Origin: Octopus sinensis
Taxonomy: Eukaryota
NCBI RefSeq assembly: GCF_006345805.1
Contig: NC_042997.1
Location: forward strand, 82,832,001 to 82,896,000
DNA: 64,000 nt
Reading direction: 5' to 3'
Shown: positions 62,272-64,000 of the stretch, one piece after another
How the letters are laid out: every line of letters starts with the position of its first letter
How positions within the stretch are numbered: the first letter of the stretch is position 1
The notes under the pieces: generated by a model
The model's database searches: none
What the model saw: the letters and a program-made list of their open reading frames with translations, nothing else
Told to the model about the DNA's origin: nothing
Translations under genes and position numbers: made by a program

Positions 62272-62844
62272 TAACTAAAAAAATGTATGATAGATTGCAG
62301 TCAATTCATTCTCTCTTACCTGTTTGTGCCTTCCAAATGCTGTTTTTACTGAGATCTCCCTTTTTAGTAGAAGAAATAGCTATAACCCTTTGACTGCTAT
62401 TTCTAATTCGGTATGTGGTAGGCAACTCGTTGCTAAACCCTTATTGCTTAGTATTACTTAAATTTTCCTCGAATGAGGCTTTTACATGCCGAAGACTACT
62501 TGGTGTAATTGATAATTTTTCCAAATTAATTAATTTCACCCTTCATTATATATATATATATATATATATATATCTCACTTCCTTATTGTATTTTTCGTTA
62601 AAAAAAGACTACATAGCAATTACGAATGAATTAACTGCTAAGATTTTGAACTTAAAGAGAGATATTAGACTTGATAAGAATCAATTTGTGACAAAGATGA
62701 GAAACAAGTTCGCAGACGAAACCATAGTGTCTAGTTTTTTTTTCTGTCTCCAATTAGCGTCGTTAAACGTCATTACTTAAATTACTAAAAAGATTTAATA
62801 TTTATTGTCAATACTATAGATTATATGTTTCTTCAGAGATAAAG

Positions 62845-63670
62845 ACGGTGAATTGGCAGAATGTTAGCTCGCCAGGCAAAATGCATACGTGCATCTTGTC
62901 TGTCTTTACGTTCTGAGGTCGACTTTGCCTTTCATCTTAAATGATGAGACAAATACCAGTTGAATACTGAGGTCGATGTAATCGATTTACACCTCCCCGA
63001 AATTTCTGGCCTTGTGCCAAAATGTGTAACCAATTGCCAATGCAGTAGATTATATGTTTTGCCGAGATAAAGGCGGCGAGCTGGCAGAAACGTTAGCACG
63101 CCGGGCGAAATGCTTAGCCGTATTTCGTCTGCAGCTACGTTCTGAGTTCAAATTCCGCCGAGGTCGACTTTCCTTTCATCCTTTCGGAGTCGATTAAATA
63201 AGTACTAGTTACGCACTGGGGTCGATATAATCGACTTAATCCGTTTGTCTGTCCTTGTTTGTCCTCTCTGTGTTTAGCCCCTTGTGGGTAGTAAAGAAAT
63301 AGGTACTTCGTCTGCTGTTATGTTCTGAGTTCAAATTCCGCTGAGGTCGACTTTGCCTTTCATCCTTTTGGGGTCGATTAAATAAGTACCAGTTACGCAC
63401 TGGGGTCGATATAATCGACTGAATCCGTTTGTTTGTCTTTGTTTGTCCTCTCTGTGTTTAGCCCCTTGTGGGTCGTAAAGAAATAGGTCGGACAAAATGC
63501 TTAGTCGCATTTCTATTAGGTTCTTTATGTTCTGAGTTCAAATACCACCGAGGTTGACTTTATTTTACAGCCACTAGAGATCGCCAAAATAAAATACCAG
63601 CCTGGTACTGGGGTCGATTTAATCGACACTGGCACTTCCCTGTAATTGCTGGCTCTGTGCCAAAATTTGA
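62845..63670 (+). mobile_element. Cluster of head-to-tail SINE family A copies
   Basis: Full copy at 63072-63305 with partial copies before and after. Confidence 0.8.
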
Positions 63671-64000
63671 AACCACCATAATTTCAGAGATATAACAGAT
63701 GTCGTGCTATGGTGATACTGAAATTTGCAACGAGCTTTCATTTCCAGGAAGAATCACATCTTCCATTCCCACTCTTGGAAGTACGTATTGAAGATTTCAG
63801 TTGTAGCATTTCTTTCTCACAATTATACATTTTCTGATTCAGTACTGCATTTAAATTTCGAATTTCCATATTTATGTGTGCATGTGTGTGTGTGTGAGAG
63901 AGATATAGAGGGAAAGAGAGAGTGTGTGTGTGAATGTGTTTGTGCGTGTACCCGTGTGTGTGTTTGTGTTTCTGCGTGTTTGTATGTTCGAGTGTTTATG

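Larger units (their letters stand above)
57498..62548. repeat. 603-bp tandem array with internal inversion (about 3.6 units + 4.8 inverted units), flanked by (TA)n
   Basis: actaagcaataag at 57498, 58101, 58704 and 59307 (period 603); inversion at 59665-59683; array ends at cccttcatta 62548. Confidence 0.97.

Noticed and set aside
57498-62548. Whole array as ordinary satellite DNA or a pure assembly artefact
   Set aside because: Each unit has a complete hammerhead, and diverged loci at 36 kb and 50 kb show the same inverted, TA-flanked architecture. Copy number and the junction still need read-level confirmation.
62415-62780. 121-aa ORF at the array end
   Set aside because: It runs from array tail through (TA)n into flank; not present in other units.

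Overview
AT-rich, microsatellite-dense animal genomic DNA. The SINE, Penelope-like and Helitron repeat content suggests a cephalopod, probably Octopus (inference from repeat recognition, not a database hit). Most of the window is transposon-derived: two decayed Penelope-like elements (PLEs), two TIR-complete mariners, a near-intact ~6.4 kb Helitron, a hAT fragment, R4/Dong-, CR1- and RTE-type LINE fragments, several SINE families and MITE/foldback elements, two of which carry internal telomeric repeats. A chain of small phase-compatible + strand exons (about 27-33.5 kb, possibly to 46 kb) encodes a protein the ORF track misses, and a CpG-island promoter lies at about 48.5-48.8 kb. The most striking feature is a 5 kb array at 57.5-62.5 kb of 603-bp units. 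Each unit carries a type I hammerhead ribozyme (CUGAAGA...GAAA...GUC) with a very long stem II and a palindromic stem III; four copies lie on the - strand and five on the + strand around an inversion point. A second hammerhead family (357-bp repeat period) at 50 kb and a ribozyme-less relative at 36 kb share the same two-tails-outward architecture flanked by (TA)n. Together these point to a PLE-associated, retrozyme-like system of self-cleaving non-coding retroelements.
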